DNA of 63,317 nucleotides, the filler included, from Octopus bimaculoides (lineage: Eukaryota): the NCBI RefSeq assembly GCF_001194135.2. It is 3 parts of 3 records of this genome, joined end to end, with 100 filler letters (N's around TTAATTAATTAA, not from the genome) between each part and the next. Parts side by side here need not be neighbours in the genome. Positions count along the whole stretch, not along the records: positions 36,411 to 63,317 come from NC_068994.1; 2 more parts are not named here. One strand, written 5' to 3'. Below are positions 49,527 to 61,544 of the stretch, piece after piece. The notes under the pieces were generated by a model. The model had not been told where the DNA came from and made no database searches. It was given only the letters and a program-made list of their open reading frames with translations. Numbering within the stretch: position 1 is the stretch's first letter; each line of letters opens with the position of its first letter. The position numbers and the translations under genes are program-made.

Positions 49527-50814
49527 TACATTGAATTACAATCTGTTGTAATATTCCTTGTCACAAATGCAGTGAACCAGTGATGAATCTGTTGGAAACC
49601 TGTACTTCACAATATGTGGCTGTGAGTTTGTATCCTTAATTCACATTACACATCCATACCAACCACTTCATCTAACCTGCACCCTTTGGCTGATTTGTTT
49701 TATAACTAGGAACTCCTTTGGCCACAGTTGACTCTGTATCTGCATATATATGTGTGGAGATACTGGCAAGTTTTTTTTTTCTTCTTTCAAGTAGAAGACT
49801 GACAGTTATCCATGCGTGTAAGTCTCTTCTCTCTATGCTACAGATGTTGTGCAAGAGAAAGGTTTTTGCCTTTTGACCATTATGACTTGGCACCCAGTGT
49901 CATTACAGGCTGTAGTGTCAAGGACCCTGAAGGGCAGAACAGATACCATAAAGCAACCTGTCCGAAGCTCTAGCAGCTCTGATAATCCACTGTCCTAGAT
50001 TGGTATTTTTTCTATTGACCTTAAAAGGATGAAAAGTAAACTTGATGTCAGCTAGATTTGTACTGAGTGTAGAGAGTCAGAACAGGTACTGTTCTATCCA
50101 ATTTACTATAACAAGTTTACTTATTTGTCACTTGATAACTCAGCTGCCTTTTCTTTTCAAATCTTCTCTTTGTATTGTTCAACCTGTATTTCTGGTTTCC
50201 ACTTCATATTATTTTGAGTGACCAAGTTTTATTCTCATACAGCAACACTGATTGTATGTCTGCCCTATCTATCATATCTGCCAGTCACATAAGGAGAAAA
50301 TTTCAATTCTGGACTCTTGATTTCATTCCAACTTAATTCTAAGCTTCCCTACAAGATTGTAAGACATCCTTTTTACTTCAGTGGATCATAGTTCTATAGA
50401 ACAAGCATTTGTTTTCATTCAGTTAACTTGAAGAACTTTAAGCTCTTAATAATTGATGTCAGCGAATTGGTTAAACTTAATGTTATTCCACTTTATTTAC
50501 ATTGAGTAAAGGTTTAAGAAAATTAAAAATGTTACAGGATCAAGTTTTTCCTTTTAATCAGGGAATCTATCTACATAAGATGTCTATTTTAATCTGCATT
50601 TTATAAAAACTTGTTTCTCATAATCACACCACTATTGATGACCAGCACAGTCATTGTATGTGTGTGATAGTGAGTTTACAGTCAGTGCAGTGGTGCAGCA
50701 GCCACTCCTGAATTTTTCTAGGCTATTTTAATTTTCAGTTGGCACAGCCACTTCATAGGTGTGGCTAATGTTTTCATCTAGATACATGACTTCTATTATT
50801 TATTATAAGCTTTC

Positions 50815-51200
50815 ATTTGTACATTCATGGTTGTATGGATAAAGAGTTTGCTTTGCAGTCCCATGGTTTTAGGTTTGGTCCTGCAGTACAGTATCATAGA
50901 CAAGTGTCTTTTCTTTGCCACTTTTGTGAATGACATTTGGTTGATAGAAACTGTTTGAATATTCATCAAACAAGTCCAAGAACTCCAGCACAGCCAGATT
51001 TTCACTATTTAAAATTTTTGTTGTTTTTGTATTTTCACAAGTATTTTCATGTTTTTACAACCACTGTTGGCTAAACCTGTGTGTTGAGTTAAAAGTTCCC
51101 TTAAGTCTCTAAAGTAATTACTGGGATCAATATGATCGTCAAAGACCCTTGAAAGCTGTGCCCCATAATAGCTGCAATCCAATAATTGAAAGTAGGTAAA
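50815..51200 (+). mobile_element. SINE family A copy (degenerate); an inverted 3' fragment lies at 51990-52175
   Basis: Head, GACAAGTGTCTT core and CAAGACCCTTGAAAGCTGTGCCCCA tail align with family A. Confidence 0.65.
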
Positions 51201-52225
51201 ATACCTTTGATTGGGTATAGCACTCATTCATCCATCCTGCCAGGGATCTGGTGAAGTCATGGGACTGCAGCATGGAGGATTGTGAAGAGGCAGTGGAAGG
51301 GCTCAACTGAACCAATGGTGCTTCTTACAATTACGTTGAGAGGAAGAATCCTAGATCAATGTCAGTATCACCAAGCCCTATCAAGAGAGTAACTACAATG
51401 CATCCATGGTTGTGTAATCAGTTAATGAAAGATTCGTTATAATTCAAGCTTCCGATTCAAAGTCATAATATTGGAATTGGATAATGACATAGTCATAGGA
51501 ATTCACAAAAGCAGTGCAACCAAAGAAGAAAAAAAGGTTAAATGAAAGAAAATAATTGCCATGAAAAGAATGTTATTTATTGTGAGATTCACTGGTGGTG
51601 GTGGAGTGAGAAATGCATCCTATGAGAAGCACAATGGTTATGATGGAAATTAAACTTGCAGTCTTTTAGCTGACTGCTAAATTCTTTTATGACTCTCTAA
51701 TTCCATATAATTAAGTAGCTTCTCAAGTAGGCTTCTTAAAATGTCAAATAACTAATCCAACTTGTTTGATCTTCCAAGAATCATCAAGTGTTCTTGGTTT
51801 GCTAAACTAGAACCTAATTAATCATGCCAGTGGTGTTTATCTCCCTAAAACAAAAGAAATGGTAACACTGACTATCACTGATTTACTTCCTGTCTTAAAC
51901 ATATCTTCTCTGATGTTAATGCACCAATGGAAGCACTCCAAACTAAGTCACAAAGTTATGTATGGGAAATAATCAATATAGCTATCTTTTACATTTTACT
52001 TATTTCAGTCATTGGATTGTAGCCGTGCTGGGGTACCACCTTCAAGAGTTTAGCTGATCAAATGGACCCCAATTCTTATTTTTAAGTTTGTTACTTATTC
52101 TATCTCTTCTTGTTGTCAAACTACTAAGTTGTGGGGATGTAAACAAACCAACACCAGCAGTGATGAGGGATAAATACATACACACAACACATACACACAC
52201 ATATATATATATACATACATATACA

Positions 52226-52783
52226 CAGGATGTCCATAAACTTACTATACAGTTATTTGTAATAAAGAAATATCATGGTTAGACTAAAAAGATTTTCAGA
52301 AAATACCTGTATTCCATCAGAAAATATCATAACAATATAGGCAATCAATTTCATTTACTATAGTTATAAATGTTCAAAATGTAAGCCATTAACTTCAATG
52401 CATTCTTGACAATGTAAAAGCACACTGACAAACTTTGGTTCACAAGTCTGGATGCAGGTTAGCAAATGCCTCAACAATGTACTGCCGAAGATCTTCAATA
52501 CTTCTTGGCTTCCTCTGATTTACAAACTTGGTTTCCTTGACTTACAAACTCTTCAAAAAATTGAGACCTGTGATCAACATCATCCTTCAGAAGTCCGTGA
52601 ATTAGGCGCGGAATGTAAGGTTTCATATTGAATTTTGTAAATATTTTATGTAATGATGTTCGGTTGATGCCAATTTCTGAACTACCACTGTGAATTGATT
52701 TCTTTGGGCTTCTTACATATGCCTCAGCAACTGTAGTCATATTTTCTTCAGCCTAACTATATAGTAACTTTATGGATACCCTG
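52226..52783 (-). mobile_element. Internally deleted Tc1/mariner element
   Basis: TIRs CAGGATGTCCATAAACTTACTATACAGTTA / CAGGGTATCCATAAAGTTACTATATAGTTA; minus-strand RSPKKSIHSGSSEIGINRTSLHKI...KPYIPRLIHGL..DD..R..F fused directly to a C-terminal CIEVNGLHFEHL. Confidence 0.85.
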
Positions 52784-53329
52784 TATATATAATATTGTTG
52801 ACATCATAAGAATTTATAAAATTTCAAGATAACATGGAATAACTCTTTTTAGGAATTGGTTCTTGAAGTACACCTAAAACTATGAGTAATATCATATAAA
52901 TATTGGGTTGAAAAACCCTATTTTGATAGGAAAAATCAAAGGCTGCCCCTATGAATCGAACCCACATCTCCTGTAGACATGACAAGCATTCTACCATTGT
53001 ATGAAAACAATTCATCGAATTTCTCTATCCATTTTAGAAACTTTATTCTCACCAGTGTGAATTGTATGCTAGCGAGGGTTGGATGGGTTAGCCAGCTCTG
53101 AGTCAGTTCTTATTTATGTCCTCTTAGACAAGTCAGAATACCATGTTTCTCACTTGTGTATTACATTTTTGGCTTGTTTTCTACAGTTGCAGACATTGCA
53201 GTAATGGTCTCCATCATTTGGGAGTAGGTTAGACTCAGCTATACCCTGGGTTTTTTTCCTTCAGGAAACCCTCTTATCTCCCTCAATACTGCACACCCTC
53301 AATTTAGGGGTCTTGTCTTGTGAGTTACC

Positions 53330-53522
53330 TTGAAACTTCACTGTCAGTGCTGCATAAAAGCACCCTGTACACACTGTAAAGTGGTTGGTATTAGGAAGGG
53401 TGTCTAGCTGTAAAAATCATACTAAAGCAGACATTTGAGTTTGGCATAGTCTTCTGGCATATCTACTTCTGTCAAACTGTCCAACCCCTGCCAACATGTG
53501 ATATGGATGTTAAATGATGATG
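53330..53522 (+). mobile_element. SINE family D 3' part (CpG-depleted)
   Basis: AAAGCACCC.GTACAC...TTAGGAAGGG..TCTAGCTGTA...CCAACCCCTGCCAACATG...GATGTTAAATGATGATG. Confidence 0.7.
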
Positions 53523-53614
53523 GAGAGAAAAATTCATTTCAAATCACAAGTGTTAAACACATTGCCAAATTTCTTTTAGCAATATGTTAGATTATTTATA
53601 TGTGTGCATGTGTG

Positions 53615-54050
53615 TACTGTAAAGCAGATTGTATGATGCTTGTGTATGAATGGCTGTACTTCATGGTAGTGAGACATGGACTCTAAATGCAGAAGACATG
53701 CATAAACTAGAGAGCAATGAAGCTAGTATGCTCTAATGCATATGCAACATAAATGTACATGTACAATAAAGTGTAATAGGGATAAGAGAAAATTTGGACA
53801 GTAGGGAAATCAGATGCAGCATGCAAGAGGGAAGACTGTGCTGGTGTTGACATGTGATGAAATGAAAACAGCTGTATAAAGAAGTGTCAATCACTTAAAG
53901 TTGATGGCAACTGTGGAAGAAGAAGACATGGGATGAAGTAGTGAGGACTGATTACAAGATGTTGGGCTTCACAGAGAAGATGACAATGGACTGAGATGTC
54001 TGGTGATATGAGGTTCTTGAGAAGACTTGCCCACCTCAGCAAAACTGAAT
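53615..54050 (+). mobile_element. RTE-like LINE 3' fragment
   Basis: LHGSETWTLNAEDMHKLESNEASML and RLCWC.HV...KKCQSLKVDGNCGR motifs; many stops. Confidence 0.75.
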
Positions 54051-55499
54051 TCTGGAAGTACTGTGTTCCACCCATATGTAACATTAAAAAACTTTTCACA
54101 CACCTTACCCCAATAAACTAAACTACATCTCCCCTTCTCCTCTTCCTCACTCCTGCAGCCCAGTCCTGTCCTCACTACTCCACCCACTGTATCATTGTGA
54201 TCCTGTTGTCCCCCTAACCAAGGTTTCACTAATTGCTGCATTCCACCCTTCCCCCTTCTTTGCATTCTCATGAACTCTCTACTCATGCACCCTTAGCAAT
54301 GCTCTACCATCCAATTTGTATTCTCATCTCTATACCTTGAGAGTATCCCCTGGCACATCACTACCATCTCTCTCACTCTCATTCTCTTCTACTCTTGCTT
54401 TCCCTTATTCTTGATTACTCTCTCTATCTCTCTTTCCAACAATGGTAACCATATATCTCTTCTACAGCAAGGCACCTGCTTCTGACCCTCTGTTATACTC
54501 TAATCTCTCATCACCAGGCACAAAGCAATCTCCTTCAATACCATCCCACCTCTCAGAGGATCTTTGTCTTGCAAGTAACTTGTATGTATAGACACAAAGC
54601 ATTTTGCCTGGCATGCTAACGATTCTGCCAGCTCCCTGCTTTAATAATAATACTACTATTAATAATAAAGACAATAATACTAGTATTATAAATAATGACA
54701 ATAGCACTGATAATAATCCTTTCTACAAGGCCTGAAATTTTGGGGAGGAGTCTAGTTGATTACATTGACCCCAGTGTGACTGATACTTATTTTATTGACC
54801 CCAAAAGGATGAAAGACAGAGTCGACCAGGGCGGAATTTGAACTCTGACTGTAAAGCAGGAAGATATACCACTAAACATTTTGCCCGGCATACTAATGAT
54901 TCTGCTAGCTCTCTGCCTTAACAACAACGATGATAATAACAATAATAATACGACTATTAATAATAACAAAGACAGTAATACTAATGACAATAGCAGTAAT
55001 ATGAATAATAATAATGATAATGTTCATTAACCACTAAGGGTCCACAAAAACATTGGGGACAGTACAGGACAATACAATGTGGGGTTACATAAAAGGCATG
55101 TAAAAAATAAAACAGTAACAATTTAGATTATAACAATGAACAATTCCCCAAAAGTAGTGGACTTGATCCGATGCCGTCCACACGCCTGATTCATTTGCTA
55201 CACCTTTCCCACTACATAATATTGTCTGTTTAAAGAAAGCTAAATATAAAAGGAAGATAATTATAAATATTTACAAATACTTGCTGATACAGTGATGTTT
55301 GTAAATATTTATGAATGAAGAATTTTGCCAAGGCAGTAAGAGTGTGAAAGAGACAGAGATAGAGAATGTGTAGACGTTGCTGGGGGGAAAAAGTCTCTGT
55401 GTATTTGTAGATAATATAACCCTGTGTAATTTTATACTTTGCATGGTTATGTATAGAAATATAAACAAACTCCCCCCCACACACACACACACATTTGTT

Positions 55500-56092
55500 T
55501 TGAAGTTTGTATTAAATATACTCATTCACCTGCTATGGAGAATGAATCAGACAGGAGGCGGCGGTTAGCCAGAGAGAGACAAAGGCAAAGAACAGCCAGT
55601 CTCACTCAGGAAGAACTGGACGCAAGAAGATTAAACAATACATTAAGGTTATTAAATCAATCACAAGAAGTGAGACAAGAGAGATATGAGTGCAAGACAC
55701 AAGAAGACAGGCTCGAAGACGTCAAAATGAAAAGGAGCACCTAATTGCCCAAAGGAGAGATATCCAAAGGGAGAGAGCAGCACAAATGTGCCAAGATGAA
55801 ACAGAAGAACAAGCAGCAGTGAGGAGAGAATATCTAAGAATGAGAGCATTGCAAAGGCGACAAGATGAAACGGAAGAGGAAGCAGCACAAAGAGAAATCG
55901 AGGAGAAGAATGGAAGAATTAATTAATACTGAAACGGACCATCCAAAACAAGGCAAACTCATTGCTGGTAGGGTTTTCACTAGAAACGTGGTGTTGAAGC
56001 AATTACTGAGTTAAAGGTTGTAATATTTTAATTTTTATTTTATTATCCATATCATTTTCATGCCGTCATTTCTGACAGCACGGGTACACTAG
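55500..56092 (+). mobile_element. Helitron derivative retaining an N-terminal charged-repeat coding remnant
   Basis: 3' end CATGCCGTC-ATTTCT-GACAGCACG hairpin (two CpG-decay mismatches), GGTACA, CTAG (56089-56092) then T. Frameshifted ORFs with QDETEEQAA.RRE..R.R repeats resemble the STPR-like N-termini of animal RepHel proteins. 5' TC end not located. Confidence 0.6.
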
Positions 56093-57180
56093 TTATCTAA
56101 GATTATTCTTAATACACACAAACACGACTCAGATAATACATATCCACAAGCAATCCCACTTGATTCAATAAGTGAATACCAGTTGCTTGACCTGCTAGAA
56201 ATAACAACTGAATCTGTTCAGTTAAGTATGGCTGTGGAAGTTAAGAAGTTTGCTTTGTAACTAAGTGGTTTTGAGTTTGATCCTGCTGCACAGCACCTTG
56301 GACAAGTGTCTTCTATCTTACCCTCAAGTCAATCAGAGCTTCTGGAATAAAAACTGGTTTATGGAATCTTTATGGATCCCATCAAAGGGGCCATTCTTGG
56401 TGATGATGGTGGACTTAATCCTTAACACAACTACCTGATCCTTGGGGAACTTTTAACAGAGTCTGCTCTTCTGCTCTGGTTTCAGGATAACCTATTCCCT
56501 TCATTTACATGGGTTCCTGAAATCAATAATGGATACTGTCCTTAATCATTAAAAAGAAAAAAGTTTCTAATAGTCCCTGAGGAATCAAAGTGAGCCATAA
56601 TGGCCAATTCTATTTGCTTGTATTCACTGCAATCCTCACCAGTACTGTACACCAACCAAGATGAAATATGTTCCAATAGTCATGCTAAGCACTGCATATA
56701 TACATGTGCAATGTGGGTCCAGACTAGAACTAAAGCTTAACAACAGTCAAGTCAGTCACTTTATTGACTGATGGACAATATTACAGGGTTGGTTTGACTG
56801 CTAGAAATAGGGAGAAATCTCCCTCAAATCACACTTTACAGTCTGCTTGGTCAAGGATAACATTGGACTAAACAACAACTACTGCTACTATTGTTGCAAC
56901 AGATTAGATTGAAGATATATTTGCTATATCACCTGACATTGTCATGAATAATGATTTCTTGAAGCACAAAATCAGAAATGTGGAAGAGAAAATAAAAGTT
57001 TTAAGAACTGAAACTTTATCCTTATGTTTCACTCTTTCTACTATTTCACAATTTCAGTGCATTTATCACTTCCAGTCACCTCATTACTTTTAAATCCTGC
57101 CCAATTCACTTCCACTCCAGTCTTTGTTGTAAACAATAATTGAAATTAAATATTTACAGAAGATATTTCTTCTATTTCAG

Positions 57181-57281
57181 GACTGAATGTCAAGAACAGA
57201 TAAATGGTTTCTATGGCGCCAAGTTTAAGAAGTTCAATACAGAAGAGGAAGCTCTGGCTTTTGCAGATATTTCTCCATCAG
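57181..57281 (+). CDS. RNASEH1: RNase H1 exon: second half of the N-terminal hybrid-binding domain
   Basis: tatttcag|G ACT GAA TGT...TCA G|gtgaat encodes (W)TECQEQINGFYGAKFKKFNTEEEALAFADISPS, matching the HBD/Cauli_VI motif W.EC..QV.GF.GA.YKKF.T..EA.AF; phase 2 in, phase 1 out. Confidence 0.9.
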
Positions 57282-57533
57282 GTGAATAGAATTTTAGTGC
57301 TGTTTAGTATCATCATCACCAGTGTCAAGATCACGATAGATTGGTATAATCAGTAGAGTGTTGAATGAATATCTTGTGGTATTTAGCTCAGTTTTTTATG
57401 TTCTGAGTTCAAATCCTAGTTAGGTCAATTAACTTTCATCCTTCTGGTGCTCAATAATGGTCCAGTACTGAGATTGATATAGTCAGCTGTTCTCTAATTG
57501 TGACTTTGTGTCTGTATAAAAAAATAATTATTG

Positions 57534-57915
57534 TGCAGGTGTGGTTGTGTTGTTAAGAAGCTTGCTTTGCAATCATATGATTTCAGGTTCAGTCCTACTA
57601 TGCTTGCATTTTGGGCAAGTGTCTTCTACTATAGTCCAGGCTGACCAATGCCTTGTGAGTGAATTTGGTAAACAGAAACTGAAGCCCATCGCACAAGTGT
57701 GTGCATGTGTGTCTGTCTTGTGTTTGTGCCCCTACCCACCATTGCTTGACAACCAGAGTTAGTTTGTTTATATGCCCATAACTTTGTAGTTTGACAAAAG
57801 AAACTGATGTAGTAAGTATCAGACTTTAAAAAAATTAGTACTGGCTCATTTTGTTCAACAAAATCGTTTAAGGCAGGGCATGGCTGCAATCCAAAAGCTG
57901 AAACAAATAAAAGAT
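57534..57915 (+). mobile_element. SINE family A, full-length, CpG-depleted; an inverted head copy lies at 58345-58450
   Basis: Colinear with 16521-16956, with CpG to TpG/CpA changes. Confidence 0.83.
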
Positions 57916-58498
57916 GAAAGATTGCTGTTGTGGCAGGATTAGTAGTGTCAGACAAAATGCTGTGCAGGTTTTGTTCCATCTCTTTCTATTGTGAGTTTAA
58001 ATGATAAACTTTGTCTTTCATTTATTGAAGGCCAATAAGAATAAAGTTCCAGTTAAGTACTATATTGGGCCACCATTAGTCAAGGTTAACCACATATCTA
58101 CTCTCATGTGTATGCTTGGACAAGATTTTTGAAGAAGACTAGCAAATACCTATTCCAGTCACCCCATCTCTTGATGCCCTTCTTATTGCCAACCCTTAAG
58201 CAAGGTAATATTTTCGCTCATAGTCAAACATGTTTTTCACAGGCGATTGGAGATAAATAGCTTGGTTTTAATGGAGATGTTTATTTACAATCATTGCATC
58301 ACACACACAACAAACTTCTTTTAGTTTCCATCATACAAATTCACTCACAAAGCTTTAGTTGGCCCAGGACTATAGCAGAAGACATTTGGTCTAGGTGCCA
58401 CCCAGCGTCACTGAACCTGAAACCATGTAGATGACTAACAAATTCCTTAAACACACACACACACACACTCTTTCTCTCTCTCTCTCTCNNNNNNNNNN

Positions 58499-58556
<58 letters not shown>

Positions 58557-58637
58557 GGATATATATTTAATAGTCATTTTAGTGTTTTTTTGTTAATATT
58601 ATGTAACTAAGTTGCTATTTTATTTATATATTAACAG

Positions 58638-58955
58638 ACAAAACTCTCTCCAGTGTAGCAAAATCTATTCAACCAATTGTGAAAAAACTCATGTCCAGAG
58701 TGAAAGAAGTCTCTCCTCTCTGTCAGACACTGGTGTCAATGCTGGCTGATTTGGATGATTCAGAAGATAGCAAAGAATTTTCAACATTAGCATGTAATGT
58801 TGAAAATGATTTGGCTAAGTTGACAGCAAGTGTTAAACTGACAATTGATTCTAAGCTTTTGACAGGAACTACTAAGAGGAAGGCTTCTGATTCATCTGAA
58901 AACACACCAGAACCTCCTGAAAAGAAGAAGTGTGTTGAAGAAGGAGGTTTTTCTG
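58638..58955 (+). CDS. RNASEH1: RNase H1 exon: 106-codon spacer with NLS-like motif
   Basis: ttaacag|AC AAA...TCT G|gtaatg; 318 nt, phase 1-1, open and in frame with both neighbouring exons; ends TKRKASDSSENTPEPPEKKKC..GGFS. Assignment rests on splice phase and position, not on a domain match. Confidence 0.8.
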
Positions 58956-59039
58956 GTAATGTATCATGTTTTCATTCTCCTTTTAAGAGATTGTTAATAT
59001 TTTTATTATTTTTTTTTTTTAATGAAAACTTGCAGCTTA

Positions 59040-60110
59040 TTTTGCTGAGTATGATAGAAAGTGTCAGCTTCCCCTAACCAGCAGGCTAAAGTGACACTTG
59101 TTTACTGATCATGCTTCAAGAACTCTGTGGAGAACTCTTGCAGTTCCAAGCAATGCTGATTTTTACAAGTGTTCTATTTTTACATTTGTACCAACCTTCT
59201 TGAGCTGTGTTGGTATTTGATAATTCCTGATACTTCCATGTGCACCAATTACTATTGGTATCATGTCCACTCTCTCCATTGCCCATAACCTATGTATTTT
59301 CCACTTCAATTCATCATAATTGTTCACTTTTTCTTTCTCTTCAATCCTCTTGTCACCAGACATGCTGTGTTAATTATCAGGCATATTTTTTTCTTTTCTG
59401 TTCACCACAACAATGTCAGGTTTCCGTTGTCTAATCTGATGGTCACACTGAATCATTGCATTTCACAGAGTTTTGCAATCTTCATTCGCAGTAACTCCCT
59501 CTGAAATTTGGTCATACCATGTCTTTGATCTTTCTAGGCCATAATTTCCACAAATCTCTAATGGATCATTCTTGCCACATTGTCTTGTCGTCTTTGTATT
59601 TATGGTGTGCTGATTTTGGTTATTCACTAACACTGCACACTGTTTCACTCCTCTCACCATTCAATTTGCATTTTTCACTTAGTTGTGTTATCAATTTTGC
59701 ACTTTACATAGTTTGTCCTCAATGTTTGTTCTTCTGCTGTGCATATAAGTTCTTCTGTGTCTGTCTTGAAGCTCATATCTCTTGCAAACTGACTGTACTT
59801 TTTTTTGTGTTCTTCTCTTCTTTAAATTTCTCTTTTTTAACACAATTATCAATTTTGATGATTTTGGACTTCTTCACATGTATCAGCAATGGTTCTATGG
59901 CATTTTTTAATATCATCCTAAGCTGCTTTTCTCTGCTTCAACACAATCCCAACAACTGATCAAATCCCTCCCACCCTTTCCTCTGGACAAGTACAACCTA
60001 TAAGTATCACCCTTGGAATAAATTGCTCCATGTACTGTCAATAGTTTCCATGACTTCATATTCATACTCATCAGTGTCAATTGTTTCTGTGTCTTTGAAT
60101 CCATACTCAT
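59040..60110 (-). mobile_element. 3' fragment of an R4/Dong-like non-LTR retrotransposon with restriction-like endonuclease
   Basis: MDSKTQK..TVHGAIYSKGDTYRLYLSRGKGGRDLIS, YGLERSKTWY, RQRKPDIVVV (PD..D), KEKVNNYDELKWKIHRLW...IPIVIGAHG, KSALLGTARVLHRVL; many disruptions. Confidence 0.82.
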
Positions 60111-61025
60111 CATCATCATTATTATTATTGAAATCCCTACCAAGATCTACTTTGCCATTCACCTCTCCATTGTTAATACAATAATGTACTTGTCAGTTAC
60201 AAGGATTGATTTAATTGACTGATCTCTTCCTGCAAATTTCAGGTTTTGTGCCTATATTAGAAACAATTGTTATTATTAGGGATTGGTAGAATCAGTAGAG
60301 CATCAAGAAAATTTCTCACACGTGTTTGCTCTGGCCCTATATGTCCTGAGTTCAAATTCTGCTAATGCCAACTTTGTCTTTCATCCTTTCAGAGTTGACC
60401 TTAAACTTACCAATCAAGTAAGTTTAAGGTCAATGGTTTTGACTAACCTGCTCCCCTCAAAAATGTTGGCCTTATACCAAAGTTAAAATCATTGGTATAG
60501 TCTCTCACCAACACTTCTCAGCCTCTGGGTCACAAACATGTTGTTCCCTCACTCTGCCTTTTCTACCACTAATGCTGTGGCTTCTGCTCTTTGGAGCTGG
60601 CTGGTCTCAAGCCAACTTCTCTCATCTTTCTCTTTCTCTCCTCTACCATATTGTGTCTAACTACTATTCCCAAGCCTACTTCCCCAGGACATTGATCCTT
60701 TGAAATCTACTTGCTACTCTTATTTTCCTGAAGTTGTATAGAAACATAAACCACATTGATCTCACTGGTTTTGGAAGATTTGTCAGATATTGGTAGAGCC
60801 CTTCCTCTCAGTAAAATTGATAAAAAAGAAACAGCTTAACAATTACATTCACTCATTTGTCTAACTCTAAATATTCTCCCTAGAGGTTACACTCTCCATA
60901 ATTTCTAACCAGTTCATATATGATTTATATAAAGAGCCAGGCAACAATATATTTTTTATAATTTCTATAAAGAGCCAAGCTGCAATATATTTTTATATAT
61001 AACTTATGCAAATTTTTCTTTGTAG

Positions 61026-61140
61026 GGAAAAAATTTGCTGATGATGACGGAGTTGTTGTTTACACTGATGGCTGCTGTTTCCACAATGGTAAACATGGTG
61101 CCTCAGCTGGACTTGGTATCTACTGGGGAGAAGGAGAAAA
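61026..61140 (+). CDS. RNASEH1: RNase H1 exon: start of the catalytic domain
   Basis: ttttctttgtag|GG AAA...GAA AA|gtattt encodes [38 protein letters not shown]: the eukaryotic RNase H1 motif VVYTDG.C..NG..A.AG.G.YWG with the first catalytic Asp; phase 1 in, phase 2 out. Confidence 0.93.
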
Positions 61141-61327
61141 GTATTTGGTTTTTTTTTTTTGTTTTGTTTCTTGTTAGCGCTTGACTGATAGTCACATGAC
61201 AACATGGAGTGGATGGGGATAGAGCTGGAAATATAGAATGTGGTCCCCCATCTCTATTTATTCTTTGGGAACAGAAGGATTATTGTGTCTTTATAGATTT
61301 AAATTGTTTCAATATATGACTTTGTAA

Positions 61328-61412
61328 TGTTGTTTTCACTGATGGCTGCTGTTTCCACAATGGTAAACATGGTGCCTCAGCTGGACTTGGTGTTTTCACT
61401 GATGGCTGCTGT
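61328..61412 (+). repeat. Intronic partial tandem duplication of the RNase H1 catalytic exon
   Basis: 61328-61391 equals 61054-61117 except TAC to TTC; 61391-61412 repeats the first 22 nt again with the same variant (60-nt period). Confidence 0.92.
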
Positions 61413-61544
61413 CAACCTATCTGTCTTCTGTATATTTAGGACTACTTTATATAGTTTATCCTTTATGTAAAACAGTAAGGCTGTGATATGATGGGAGGAA
61501 ACTTAGCTGATTTTCCTAGGAGCATTCGAGTGGGATCACTGCCA

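Noticed and set aside
51262-51310. MEDCEEAVEGLN as a second HBD-like exon
   Set aside because: Ends in a stop, lacks the KKF motif and has no suitable splice sites.
57181-61140. RNase H domain as part of a retroelement or virus
   Set aside because: It is split by canonical GT-AG introns in consistent phase, preceded by a hybrid-binding domain and not fused to RT, so it is a host gene.
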